Below, piece after piece: positions 10,703-20,063 of a stretch of 64,000 bases of DNA (position 1 is the stretch's first letter; every line of letters starts with the position of its first letter). The notes beneath the pieces are model-generated. The model was not told where the DNA came from. It made no database searches and worked only from the letters and a program-made list of their open reading frames with translations. The stretch is from an uncultured delta proteobacterium (GTDB taxonomy: Bacteria > Myxococcota_A > UBA9160 > UBA4427): positions 608,001 to 672,000 of the forward strand of contig CAWGJT010000010.1 in the NCBI GenBank assembly GCA_963822965.1. Direction: 5' to 3'. A program made the position numbers and the translations under genes.

Positions 10703-11550
10703 GCGAGTCGCACCCCATCGATCTCGACGGCCCGCTCGAGGGCCTGCGCTACCTGCGTCGCAACCACGTCGCGACCATCACCCTCGACCGCCCGCAACGC
10801 GGCAACTCCCTCACCCCGCGCATGCAGCCCGTCTTCCGGGAGATCTGGCGCGAGGTACGAGACGATCCGTGGATCCGCGTGGCCGTGATCCGGGCCAGCG
10901 GCGAACGGCACTTCTGCACGGGCTTCGACGTGGCCGAGGCCGAGGGCGACGACGCCGGCGAGGTGTTCGCCAACCGCCCGCTCGCCGACGCGGTCCACTG
11001 GTCGCCGTATCAGAACCGCGTCTGGAAGCCCGTGATCTGCGAGGTGAACGGGCTGTGCGTCGGTGGGGGGCACCACTTCGTCGTGGACGCGGACCTGGTC
11101 ATCGCCTCGCGCAACGCTGCCTTCACCGACACCCACGTGAACGTGGGCATGGTCGGCGCCCTGGAGAACGTGGGGCTCGCCAAGCGTCTGCCCCTCGGCA
11201 CGGCCCTGCGCATGACCCTGCTGGGCCGGGCGTATCGCCTGGGCGCCGAGCGCGCCTGGCAGCTCGGGCTCGTGGACGAGCTGGTGGACACCCCCGCCGA
11301 TCTCGCGCCGTGCACCGAGGCGATGGTGCAGGCCCTCCTGGCGGGCTCGCCCCAGGCCCAGGCGCTCTCGAAGCAGGCGGTATGGGGATCCGCCGAGCGC
11401 GGCTACTCGCAGGCGCTCGAGCAGGCCTGGGCGCTGCTGCGCATCCACTGGGGACACCCGGACTTTCGCGAGGGACCGCGGGCCTTCGGTGCGGGTCGCG
11501 CGCCCGTCTGGAATCCCGACCCGAACGCCCGCGTCGAGGACGAGGAGTGA
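10699..11550 (+). CDS. Enoyl-CoA hydratase/isomerase (crotonase) family protein
   Basis: ATITLDRP, FCTGFDV, KPVICEVNGLCVGGG, DFREGPRAF. Confidence 0.88.
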   Translation: MSESHPIDLDGPLEGLRYLRRNHVATITLDRPQRGNSLTPRMQPVFREIWREVRDDPWIRVAVIRASGERHFCTGFDVAEAEGDDAGEVFANRPLADAVHWSPYQNRVWKPVICEVNGLCVGGGHHFVVDADLVIASRNAAFTDTHVNVGMVGALENVGLAKRLPLGTALRMTLLGRAYRLGAERAWQLGLVDELVDTPADLAPCTEAMVQALLAGSPQAQALSKQAVWGSAERGYSQALEQAWALLRIHWGHPDFREGPRAFGAGRAPVWNPDPNARVEDEE

Positions 11551-12668
11551 ACTTCGCGTTCTCCCCGGAAGAGGAGGCGTTCCGCGCCGAGGTGCGGAGC
11601 TTCCTCGCCGACTACCGCGACCTCGACGGCTTCTTCCGGCAGGGCCACGTCTGGCAGCAGGTGAAGGCGCTCTTCCAGGCCATGGGTGCGCGGGGCTGGC
11701 TGTCGCTCACCTGGCCCGAGGCGCGGGGCGGCCTCGGCCTCGGGCCCGTGCACGAGTTCCTGCTGTGGGACGAGGTCGCCCACGCCCGGGCCGCCCGGAA
11801 TCCCCTCTCCGCCGGGATCGTGGCGCGCACGCTCCTCCGTCACGGCAGCGACGAGCAGCAGCAGCGCTGGCTGCCCCCCATCCGCTCGGGCGACCTGCAC
11901 TTCTCGCTCGCCTACTCCGAGCCCGAGGCGGGCTCGGACCTCGCGAGCCTGCGCACGCGCGCCGAGCGCCGGGCCGACCGCTACGTGGTGACGGGGCAGA
12001 AGATCTGGCAGTCGTACGCCCAGGACATGGACTGCCTGTGGCTGCTGTGCCGCACGGGACCGCCCGAGAGCCGCGGGCGCGGGCTCTCGCTGCTCATCGT
12101 CGACAAGGCGTCGCCGGGGGTCACCGTGTCTCCGCATCCCACGCTCGATGGCGAGCAGCTGAACGAGGTGCACTTCGACGGCGTGGAGGTGCCCGTCGAG
12201 AACCGCGTGGGTCCCGAGGACGGTGCCTGGGCGATCATGGCGGAGGCCCTGGCGGACGAGCGCCACATCCAGTTTCCGCCGGGCCGCGTGCGCCGCGACC
12301 TCGAGGAGATGGCCGCCTGGCTGCGGGAGCAGGGGCTCGACGCCGACCCCGTGGTGGCCGCGCGGATGGGGGAGCTCGCCGTGCGCGCCCTGGAGGTGGA
12401 GATGCACGGCCTGCGCGTGCTCGACGCCATGTGCAAGGGGCGCCCGGCGGTGGCGGAGGCGGCGGCCAACAAGGTGGCGAACACGGTCGTGTGTCAGGAG
12501 ATCGCCCGAGCGGTGGTGGACCTGGGCGGCCCCGAGGCGCTCGTGGCCGGGGCGCGCCCGGCGCTCCTCTGGTGCCAGAGCATGTGGGAGACGATCGGGG
12601 GCGGTACCTCCGAGGTGATGCGTGGGGTGGTCGCACGGCAGCGACTCGGCCTGGGCGGGCGTGCGTGA
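11547..12668 (+). CDS. Acyl-CoA dehydrogenase (long, alpha-type subunit)
   Basis: YSEPEAGSDLA, GQKIWQS, NEVHFD, TIGGGTSEV. Confidence 0.92.
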   Translation: MNFAFSPEEEAFRAEVRSFLADYRDLDGFFRQGHVWQQVKALFQAMGARGWLSLTWPEARGGLGLGPVHEFLLWDEVAHARAARNPLSAGIVARTLLRHGSDEQQQRWLPPIRSGDLHFSLAYSEPEAGSDLASLRTRAERRADRYVVTGQKIWQSYAQDMDCLWLLCRTGPPESRGRGLSLLIVDKASPGVTVSPHPTLDGEQLNEVHFDGVEVPVENRVGPEDGAWAIMAEALADERHIQFPPGRVRRDLEEMAAWLREQGLDADPVVAARMGELAVRALEVEMHGLRVLDAMCKGRPAVAEAAANKVANTVVCQEIARAVVDLGGPEALVAGARPALLWCQSMWETIGGGTSEVMRGVVARQRLGLGGRA

Positions 12669-13918
12669 TGCGGGCCCTCGTCTTCGAGCAGAGCCTGCCG
12701 CGGCTCGCCCTCACGAAGCTGCTGGGCTTCGCGACGCCTCGGGCCTTCGTCGCGCGCACGTCGCCCCTGCGCCTGCGGGACATCGCCGAAGCGCCGCTTC
12801 CCGGCCCCGACTGGCTGCGGATCCGCACGCGGCTCTGCGGACTGTGCGGGAGCGACTACAAGCAGGTCTTCCTGAACGGCTCCACCGACAACCCGATGAC
12901 CGCGGTGATCTCGTTTCCGCAGGTGCTGGGGCACGAGGTGGTGGGCGTGGTGGACGAGGTGGGGCCCGCGGTGCGCGCGCACCGGCCCGGCGACCGGGTG
13001 GTGCTGAATCCCTGGCTCTCGTGCGGGCCGCGCGGCCTCGAGCCCTGTCGCTGGTGCGCCCAGGGCGACTACGCCCAGTGCGAAGGCTTCACCCGGGGAC
13101 GCCTCCGGCCCGGCATCCACACCGGCAACTCCCGGGATGCCACCGGCGGCTTCGCCGTCCGGGTCCCCGCGCACGAGTCCATGTGCATTCCGATTCCCGA
13201 CGGCGTGAGCGACGAGCAGGCGGTGCTGGCGGACCCCTTCTCGGTCTCGTTCCACGCGGTGCTCCACAACCCGCCGCCACCCGACGGCACGGTGCTGGTC
13301 TACGGGTGCGGAACCCTGGGCCTGCTCTCGATCCCGATCCTGCGCATCCTGTATCCGCGCCTGCAGGTGATGGCGGTGGCGCGCTTCCGTCACCAGGCGT
13401 TGCTCGCAGAGCGCATGGGCGCTCACGTGGTGCTGGCGCACCGGCCGACCCGCGCGCTCATCGAGCGGGTGGGTGCGGAGACCGGCGCCGACCTGCAGCA
13501 ACCGTGGCGGGGCCTGCCGATGCTGAACGGGGGCGTGGACGTGGTCTACGACTCGGTCGGCCTGCCCGAGACCCTGGAGGTGGGGGTTCGCGTCACGCGA
13601 TCGCGCGGCACGATCGCCGTGACCGGCGTCGAGAAGCCGAAGCGCTTCGAGTGGACGCCGCTCTACTTCAAGGAGATCGCCCTGCGCGGCTCGAACGCGT
13701 TCGGCTGCGAGACCCTGGACGGCCGGCGCCAGCATGCGATGCAGTGGTACTTCGAGTGGATCCGGGAGCGGGGCTACGACGGGACGCCGATCCTCACCCA
13801 TCGGTTCACCCTGGACCGGTTCCGCGACGCGTTTCTCGCCTGTCACGACCAGGAGGCGAGCGGCGCCGTCAAGGTGCTGTTCGACTTCGCGGAGCCCCGG
13901 CCCCGCCCGGCGCGATGA
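12668..13918 (+). CDS. Zn-dependent alcohol dehydrogenase (MDR family)
   Basis: CGLCGSD, LGHE, structural-Zn Cys cluster, GCGTLG. Confidence 0.88.
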   Translation: MRALVFEQSLPRLALTKLLGFATPRAFVARTSPLRLRDIAEAPLPGPDWLRIRTRLCGLCGSDYKQVFLNGSTDNPMTAVISFPQVLGHEVVGVVDEVGPAVRAHRPGDRVVLNPWLSCGPRGLEPCRWCAQGDYAQCEGFTRGRLRPGIHTGNSRDATGGFAVRVPAHESMCIPIPDGVSDEQAVLADPFSVSFHAVLHNPPPPDGTVLVYGCGTLGLLSIPILRILYPRLQVMAVARFRHQALLAERMGAHVVLAHRPTRALIERVGAETGADLQQPWRGLPMLNGGVDVVYDSVGLPETLEVGVRVTRSRGTIAVTGVEKPKRFEWTPLYFKEIALRGSNAFGCETLDGRRQHAMQWYFEWIRERGYDGTPILTHRFTLDRFRDAFLACHDQEASGAVKVLFDFAEPRPRPAR

Positions 13919-14892
13919 ACGGCCGGCTGGGCATCACGATTCCGCTGCCGGGCGTCTCCCTGGCCGCACACCGCGACTGGCTGCGGGAGATCGTCGATCT
14001 CGGCTACACGGACGCCTGGACCATGGAGACCGCGGGTCTCGACGCCTTCACGCCCCTGGCCCTGGCGGCCGCGTGGGCGCCGGAGCTTCGTCTCGGCACT
14101 GCCATCGCGGGGGTGTTCACGCGCGGTCCCGCGCTGCTGGCCCAGACCGCGGCGGCGCTGTGCGACGCCGCGCCCGGACGCTTCGTGCTCGGCATCGGCT
14201 GCTCGTCCGAGGCGATGGTCCGCGGCTGGAACGGCATCCCCTTCGAGGCGCCCTTCGCGCGGGTGCGCGACACCCTGCGCTTCCTGCGCCGGGCGCTCGC
14301 GGGCAAACGCATCGACGAGGCCTTCGAGAGCTTCGCGATCCGGGGCTTCCAGCTCGAGCGCGCGCCCGAGGTCGCTCCGCCCATCCACGTGGCGGCGCTG
14401 CGCCGGGACATGCTGCGCCTCGCGGGCCGGGAGGCGGACGGCGCGCTGCTCGGGCTGTGCGCCGCCGCGGACGTTCCCCAGATCGCGGCGACGGTGGCCG
14501 GCACCGCCGGCGGTGCCGCGCGCGAGCTGGTGATGCGGATCGGGGTCGTGCCCACCCCCGATACCGCGTTCGCCCGGGACCTCTGCCGTCGCCGGATCGC
14601 CGCGTACCTGAACGTCCCCGCCTACCGGGGGATGCACGAGTGGCTGGGGCGTGGCCCGGAGCTGGCGCCGCTCTTCGCCGCCTGGGAGCGAGGCGATCGC
14701 CGGGCGGCCCTCGCCGCGATCCCGGACGAGCTGGTGGACGCGCTCTTCGTGCACGGCGAGCCGGCCGCGTGTCGCGATCGGCTCGAGTCGTTCCGGGAAG
14801 CGGGCGTCACCACCCCCGTGGTCTCGATCCTGCCCTTCGGTGGCGACGTCGCCGCCCTGCGCGGGGCCGTGCGCGAGCTCGCGCCCCGGTGA
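13915..14892 (+). CDS. LLM-class (luciferase-like), probably F420-dependent oxidoreductase
   Basis: DAFTPLA, LRLGTAI, TRGPALLAQTAA, GRFVLGIG, ADG motif. Confidence 0.85.
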   Translation: MNGRLGITIPLPGVSLAAHRDWLREIVDLGYTDAWTMETAGLDAFTPLALAAAWAPELRLGTAIAGVFTRGPALLAQTAAALCDAAPGRFVLGIGCSSEAMVRGWNGIPFEAPFARVRDTLRFLRRALAGKRIDEAFESFAIRGFQLERAPEVAPPIHVAALRRDMLRLAGREADGALLGLCAAADVPQIAATVAGTAGGAARELVMRIGVVPTPDTAFARDLCRRRIAAYLNVPAYRGMHEWLGRGPELAPLFAAWERGDRRAALAAIPDELVDALFVHGEPAACRDRLESFREAGVTTPVVSILPFGGDVAALRGAVRELAPR

Positions 14893-15566
14893 CGGGTCGC
14901 GTGGCGTGCTCCCGGCGCGGCGACGTGCTGGTCGCGCAGCTGGGCCGGGGACCGGACGACGAGAACCGCCTGGACCGGGAGCTCCTCGACGGCCTCGATG
15001 CGGCGCTCGACGCCGTCGCCGAGACGCAGGCTGCGGCCTTCGTGACCGTGGGGTCGGCGCGCTTCTACTCGAACGGATACGACCTCGACTGGCTCGCGAC
15101 CCTCGAACGCGCCGGGCGTCGCGACTTCATCCGCGATACCCAGCGGCTGCTGGCACGCCTGCTGGTGCTGGGCGTCCCGACGGTGGCGGCGCTGTCCGGC
15201 CACGCCTTCGGTGCGGGGGCGCTGCTCGCCCTGGCCCACGACCACCGCATCGCCTGCGCGGAGCACGGCTTCTTCTGCCTGCCGGAGATCGACGCGAAGA
15301 TTCCCCTGCGGCACGGCATGACCGCCCTCGTGCAGGCCCGGCTGTCGCCGCGGGCCGCCCGGGACGCGGTCCTGACCGGTCACCGGTACCCGGCCGACGA
15401 GGCCGTAGCGGCGGGCATCGCGGATGCCGTGGTCGGGCGCGACGGTCTGCTGGACGCCGCTTGCGCGCGGGCGGAGCGGGAGGCGGGCCCGCCGCCGGAC
15501 ACGCTGTCCGCCCGGAAGCGCGACCGCTACGGGGACGTAGAGCTGCTGCTCGTGGGCGCCTCGTGA
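14889..15566 (+). CDS. Crotonase family protein, enoyl-CoA delta-isomerase-like
   Basis: ENRL, FYSNGYDL, PTVAALSGHAFGAG, FCLPEID. Confidence 0.85.
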   Translation: MTGRVACSRRGDVLVAQLGRGPDDENRLDRELLDGLDAALDAVAETQAAAFVTVGSARFYSNGYDLDWLATLERAGRRDFIRDTQRLLARLLVLGVPTVAALSGHAFGAGALLALAHDHRIACAEHGFFCLPEIDAKIPLRHGMTALVQARLSPRAARDAVLTGHRYPADEAVAAGIADAVVGRDGLLDAACARAEREAGPPPDTLSARKRDRYGDVELLLVGAS

Positions 15567-15634
15567 AGACCGTCCCGACGTGACACGCGAAGGGGGATGG
15601 AGGGCGGGTCGACTCGATCGCGGCGGACCGCGCT

Positions 15635-16120
15635 TCAAGCCGGTTGGCCGGGCAGGGCGTTCGGATCGCCGGGTCGTTCCATCAGCTCGATCCGCAGGCC
15701 GTCCGGATCGGTGACGAAGACGGCGGTCGTCCGGAAGCGGGGGCTCTCGGTGCGCGAGGTGGAGAGCACACTGCCGCCCTGACGGGTCACGGCTTCCAGG
15801 CAGGCGTCGAGGGCGGCCACCCGGAACGACAGGTGCGTGAGTCCCAGACGGTTCACGGGATGGGGCCCCGGAGCACCGACCTCGCCGGGCGTCTCGAAGT
15901 GGATCAGCTCGATGCGGGTGCCGTCGCGCTCGAGGTAGACGGCGTTCAGGGCGACGTCGTCCAGGGCCAGCAGCTTCTCGCTCTCGGGCCCGGAGATCGA
16001 GAGCCGCGCGCACTCGCGAAACCCCAACGCCTCGCGGTAGAAGGCGGCCGAGCGCTCGAGGTCCGAGACGCAGATCCCGATGTGGGACAGACGCAGGACG
16101 GGATCCCTCGACGGCTCCAT
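15635..16120 (-). CDS. VOC/glyoxalase family protein
   Basis: SHIGICVSDLERSAAFY, IELI, GLTHLSFRV, DPDGLRIELME. Confidence 0.88.
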   Translation of the reverse strand: MEPSRDPVLRLSHIGICVSDLERSAAFYREALGFRECARLSISGPESEKLLALDDVALNAVYLERDGTRIELIHFETPGEVGAPGPHPVNRLGLTHLSFRVAALDACLEAVTRQGGSVLSTSRTESPRFRTTAVFVTDPDGLRIELMERPGDPNALPGQPA

Positions 16121-16253
16121 GGGCCCGCACGCTAGCACCCCCCGGCTGCTTGCGCGGCGGCACCCGTGCGGGGAGAATCCCCGTCATGCGCAGGGCGGCG
16201 GCCATCGTGGGGATCGGTGGCGGCGCGTGCAGGCGCGGTAGGCGACCGCTCGT

Positions 16254-16886
16254 GTGAAGCGGGTGGCCCTCGTCGTGGCGCTGGCGCTCGCGGCGATCGC
16301 AGGCACGGCCGAGCTCGCCTATTGGCTCGCGGCGCATCTCGCGGCGACGGGAGCCGAAGGCGGCTCGTGCGCGGTGCTCGTGCTCGGGTATCCCAACGAT
16401 TCGGACGGAAGCCCCGGGCCCATTCAGCGCCTGCGCGTCGAGGCCGGGGTGGCCGCGTACCGGGCGCACGGCTGCTCGCGCCTGGTCGTGTCCGGCGCGG
16501 CCGTCCACAACCGCTACGTCGAGGCGGAGTCGATGGCGAGGCTGGCGTCGGAGCTGGGCGTTCCGGCCAGCGACGTGGTCGTCGAGGATCGCGCCCGGAG
16601 CACCTGGGAGAACGTGGGCTGCAGCGTGGCCTCGCTGCGGGGCCTCGAGCGGATCTTCGTCGCCTCGGACAGCCTCCACGCACTGCGGGGCCGGCGCTAT
16701 CTCTGCCGGCAGCAGCCCGAGCTGTGCGAAAGGGCGTGGGCGGTGGGAGACGACCCGCCTGTGTCGCTGCTGTGGTGGAAGGTGCCGGCCGCCCTCTACG
16801 AGCTGCGCGCCTGGGCCCGCGATCGCCTGATCCACGAGCGCGAGCCGGCGAGCAACGCGGTGCCGTGCCCGGAAGCCGGGGCGTGA
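16254..16886 (+). CDS. YdcF/DUF218 (SanA/ElyC-like) envelope protein
   Basis: N-terminal hydrophobic segment, VLVLG, VVSGAA, EAESM, EDRARSTWEN, SDSLHALR. Confidence 0.85.
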   Translation: MKRVALVVALALAAIAGTAELAYWLAAHLAATGAEGGSCAVLVLGYPNDSDGSPGPIQRLRVEAGVAAYRAHGCSRLVVSGAAVHNRYVEAESMARLASELGVPASDVVVEDRARSTWENVGCSVASLRGLERIFVASDSLHALRGRRYLCRQQPELCERAWAVGDDPPVSLLWWKVPAALYELRAWARDRLIHEREPASNAVPCPEAGA

Positions 16887-17011
16887 GGGGCGGCGAACCC
16901 GACCGGACTCACAGGTGCGTGGCCTTCGGCATCGGCGGTCTTCGGAGGCGCCGAGACCGCGGTCACGAGAGCCAGCCGCGCCGGATCCGGAGGCCGGAGG
17001 CGCACGGATTC

Positions 17012-17045
17012 TGATATGATCCGCGAATCTGACAGACCGTCACAT
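17012..17045 (+). promoter_or_regulatory. Putative extended -10 (TGATATGAT) followed by a palindromic operator ATCTGACAG-A-CCGTCACAT
   Basis: TGnTATGAT at 17012-17020; 19-bp imperfect inverted repeat at 17027-17045 (7 of 9 arm positions pair); locally AT-rich, upstream of ATG 17111. Confidence 0.5.
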
Positions 17046-17110
17046 CGACCCGCCCCAAGCGGCTGGGGGAGGGATTGGTGCGGTCTCCGTGCGCAGGAGT
17101 CGTTCCCGAG

Positions 17111-18313
17111 ATGGCCTCTCCCAAGACCCGGCCCGCCGACGAGCCCGAGTTCGATACGTCTCCCGTGGACGCCTGGGTGGGCGTGCCCCTCGGCGGGAGG
17201 CAGATGAAGGACCCCGTGGCGCCCAACGACGTGCGTCGCTGGGCGCAGGGCATGCAGAACCCGAACCCGCTGTACTTCGACGAGCAGGTTGCGGCGGCGA
17301 GCCGCTTCGGCCGGCTCGTGGCTCCGTTCTCGTTCGCGGTGTGCACCGACGACAGCCACGGGGCGGCGCCCGCCATCCAGGGCACCATCCCGGGCACGCA
17401 CATGCTCTTCGGCGGGGACGAGTGGTGGTTCTTCGGTCCCCGCATCTTCCCGGGCGACCAGATCCGACGCGACCGCATGCTCTTCGACTACAAGGTCACG
17501 AAGACGGGCTTCGCCGGGCCGACCATGTTCTCCCGGGGCGACACCACCTACGTGAACCAGCAGGGCGAGATCGTGTGCAAGCAGCGCTCCACCTCCATCC
17601 GCTACCTGGCCGAGGAGGCGCGGAAGCGCGCGCAGTTCGGCGACGACAAGGACCCGGTGTGGAGCGAGAAGCAGATCGAGGAGATCGAGAACCAGAAGTT
17701 CGAGTACTTCCAGAGCTTCCTCGAGCTGGGGCACGACCGGCGGCTCTTCGTCAAGGTGGGCGACAAGCTGCCGACCCGACCCATCGGCCCCCACACCATC
17801 ATGAGCTTCACCACCGAGTGGCGCGCCTTCACGATGACCGTGTGGTCGGCCTTCGAGGCGAACGACCTGCCGACGTCGCACTATACGGCGGGGTGGCTTC
17901 CCGAGATGTCGCGGGACTACGAGGCCGCGAAGGTCGACCCCACCATCGGGGACGGGCTCTATCACGGGCCCTCGCGCGGGCACGTGCAGCAGAAGTACGC
18001 CCAGCTGATCGGCATGCCCCGGGGCTACGGCTACGGGGCCTCGATGGGCGCCTGGATCCTCGACTACCTGTCCAACTGGGGGGGTGAGTGGAGCGACATC
18101 CTGCACAGCCGGATGGCCTACCGTTCGCCGGCGCTCACCGGCGATCTCACGCTGCTGAACGGCGAGGTGACGAAGATCGACCACGGCGACCCGTCCGGAC
18201 GGCCCGTCGCCACGGTGCACGTCGTGATGACGAACCAGAAGGACGCGGTGCTCGCCTCGGGCGACGCCGAGATCCGCCTGCCCACCGAGACCCTGCCCGC
18301 GCCAAGCGCCTGA
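17111..18313 (+). CDS. Double hot-dog MaoC/FAS1-like dehydratase
   Basis: VRRWAQGMQNPNPLYFD, GRLVAP, LFGGDEWWF, IFPGD; second domain GASMGAWILDY...YRSPALTGD. Confidence 0.82.
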   Translation: MASPKTRPADEPEFDTSPVDAWVGVPLGGRQMKDPVAPNDVRRWAQGMQNPNPLYFDEQVAAASRFGRLVAPFSFAVCTDDSHGAAPAIQGTIPGTHMLFGGDEWWFFGPRIFPGDQIRRDRMLFDYKVTKTGFAGPTMFSRGDTTYVNQQGEIVCKQRSTSIRYLAEEARKRAQFGDDKDPVWSEKQIEEIENQKFEYFQSFLELGHDRRLFVKVGDKLPTRPIGPHTIMSFTTEWRAFTMTVWSAFEANDLPTSHYTAGWLPEMSRDYEAAKVDPTIGDGLYHGPSRGHVQQKYAQLIGMPRGYGYGASMGAWILDYLSNWGGEWSDILHSRMAYRSPALTGDLTLLNGEVTKIDHGDPSGRPVATVHVVMTNQKDAVLASGDAEIRLPTETLPAPSA

Positions 18314-18344
18314 CGGCGCCCGGGACGATGGAGGCAACCGGCCC

Positions 18345-20063
18345 GTGATGCAGCGCTCCCTCGAGCTGCGACTCCAGCCGGATCCGTCGCGCTACTGCGC
18401 GCCGCGCTTTCTCGAGGACGTGGTCTCTCGGGGCGGTGACCGCACCGCCATCCGCTTCGAGGGCGGCGATCTCTCGTACGCGGAGCTCGGCGCCCGGGCC
18501 CGGGCCCTGGCGAAGGGTCTCGTGGCGGCGGGCGTCGCCAAGGGCGCGCGGGTGGGCGTGTGGATGGCGAACCGCCCCGAGTGGGTGGTCGCGTCCTTTG
18601 CGGTGGGGCTGGTGGGCGGCGTGCTCATCCCGGTCAACACCTTCGCCACGCCGGACGAGCGCGAGTACATCCTTCGACACAGCGACGCGTCGATCCTGCT
18701 GCTACAGCAGCGGCTTCTCGGCCGCGACCTGCTGGAGGAGCTGCGGACGAGTCATCCGGAGCTGTCCCGGGCCACGCCGGGGGCCCTGCGGCTGCCGGAG
18801 CTGCCGGCCCTGCGCGGTGTGGTGGTGCTCGGCGGCGCCGCGGACGGCGCCGTCTGGTCGTGGGACGATTTCATGGCCGCGGGGCAGGGCGTCTCCGACG
18901 CATTGCTCGACGCCCTGGCCGCCGAGGTGACCCCCGCGGACGACGGGGTCGTGATCTACACGTCCGGCACCACCGCCCATCCCAAGGGCGTGCTCCACTT
19001 CCAGCGGGCCCCGGTGATCCAGAGCTGGCGCTTCGCCGAGTACATGGCGCTCGAGCCCGATGACGTGGTGTGGACCGCGCAGCCCTTCTTCTGGACCGCC
19101 GGCATGACCATGTCCCTGGGCGCCACCCTGGCCGCGGGCGCCCGGCTGGTGCTGCAGGAGACCTTCGAGCCCGAGGCGGCCCTGGCGCTGATCGAGCGCG
19201 AGCGCGCCACCACGCTCCACGCCTGGCCCCACCAGGAGAAGGCGCTGGCCGAGCACCCGAAGCTCGCGGAGACCGACCTCTCGCGGGTGCGGAAGATCGA
19301 GTTCTCGTCGCCGCTGCGGGCGGCGGCCGGCATCGAGAAGAACGTCTGGGGCACCTACGGTTCGTACGGCCTCACCGAGACCTTCACCCTGGCCGCCGCG
19401 CTCCCGGCAAGCGCGCCGGCCGAGCTGCGGCGCGACACCAGCGGCGTTCCGCTGCCCGGCATGTCGATCCGCATCGTCGACCCGGAGACGGGAGCCGTGC
19501 TCGCCGGGGGCGAGAAGGGTGAGATCACCGTCAGGGGCGTCACCCTCATGCGCGGCTACTACAAGGTCGATCCCGAGAGTACCTTCGACGCCGACGGCTA
19601 CTTCCACACCCAGGACGGCGGCTGGCTCGACGCCGACGGCTACCTGCACTGGACGGGACGCCTCTCGAACCTGATCAAGACGGGCGGCGCCAACGTGTCG
19701 CCGCTGGAGATCGAGAAGGCGCTGCCGAAGAGCCCGGACATCCGGGTGGGGCTCGCGGTGGGCGTTCCGCATCCCGCCCTGGGCGAGGCCATCGTGGTGT
19801 GTGCGGTTCGCGCAGAAGGCGCGTCCTTCGACGAGCCCGCACGCGAGGCGGAGATTCGCGAGGCCCTGCGCGGCCGCGTCGCCGCCTACAAGGTGCCGCG
19901 GCGCGTGCTCTTCTTCGACGCGGACGAGCTCGACTACACGGCCAACCAGAAGATCCAGGTGGGCTCCCTGCGCGAGGCCGCGCTGGCGCGCCTGCAGCGC
20001 GACGGCGCCGTCATCCAGGGGGTGTCCTACGGGCGACCCGCCGGAGAGGGGGAGCAGCAATGA
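18345..20063 (+). CDS. Class I adenylate-forming acyl-CoA ligase
   Basis: YTSGTTAHPKG, YGLTET, GEITVRG, FHTQD, IKTGGANV, AYKVP. Confidence 0.92.
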   Translation: MMQRSLELRLQPDPSRYCAPRFLEDVVSRGGDRTAIRFEGGDLSYAELGARARALAKGLVAAGVAKGARVGVWMANRPEWVVASFAVGLVGGVLIPVNTFATPDEREYILRHSDASILLLQQRLLGRDLLEELRTSHPELSRATPGALRLPELPALRGVVVLGGAADGAVWSWDDFMAAGQGVSDALLDALAAEVTPADDGVVIYTSGTTAHPKGVLHFQRAPVIQSWRFAEYMALEPDDVVWTAQPFFWTAGMTMSLGATLAAGARLVLQETFEPEAALALIERERATTLHAWPHQEKALAEHPKLAETDLSRVRKIEFSSPLRAAAGIEKNVWGTYGSYGLTETFTLAAALPASAPAELRRDTSGVPLPGMSIRIVDPETGAVLAGGEKGEITVRGVTLMRGYYKVDPESTFDADGYFHTQDGGWLDADGYLHWTGRLSNLIKTGGANVSPLEIEKALPKSPDIRVGLAVGVPHPALGEAIVVCAVRAEGASFDEPAREAEIREALRGRVAAYKVPRRVLFFDADELDYTANQKIQVGSLREAALARLQRDGAVIQGVSYGRPAGEGEQQ

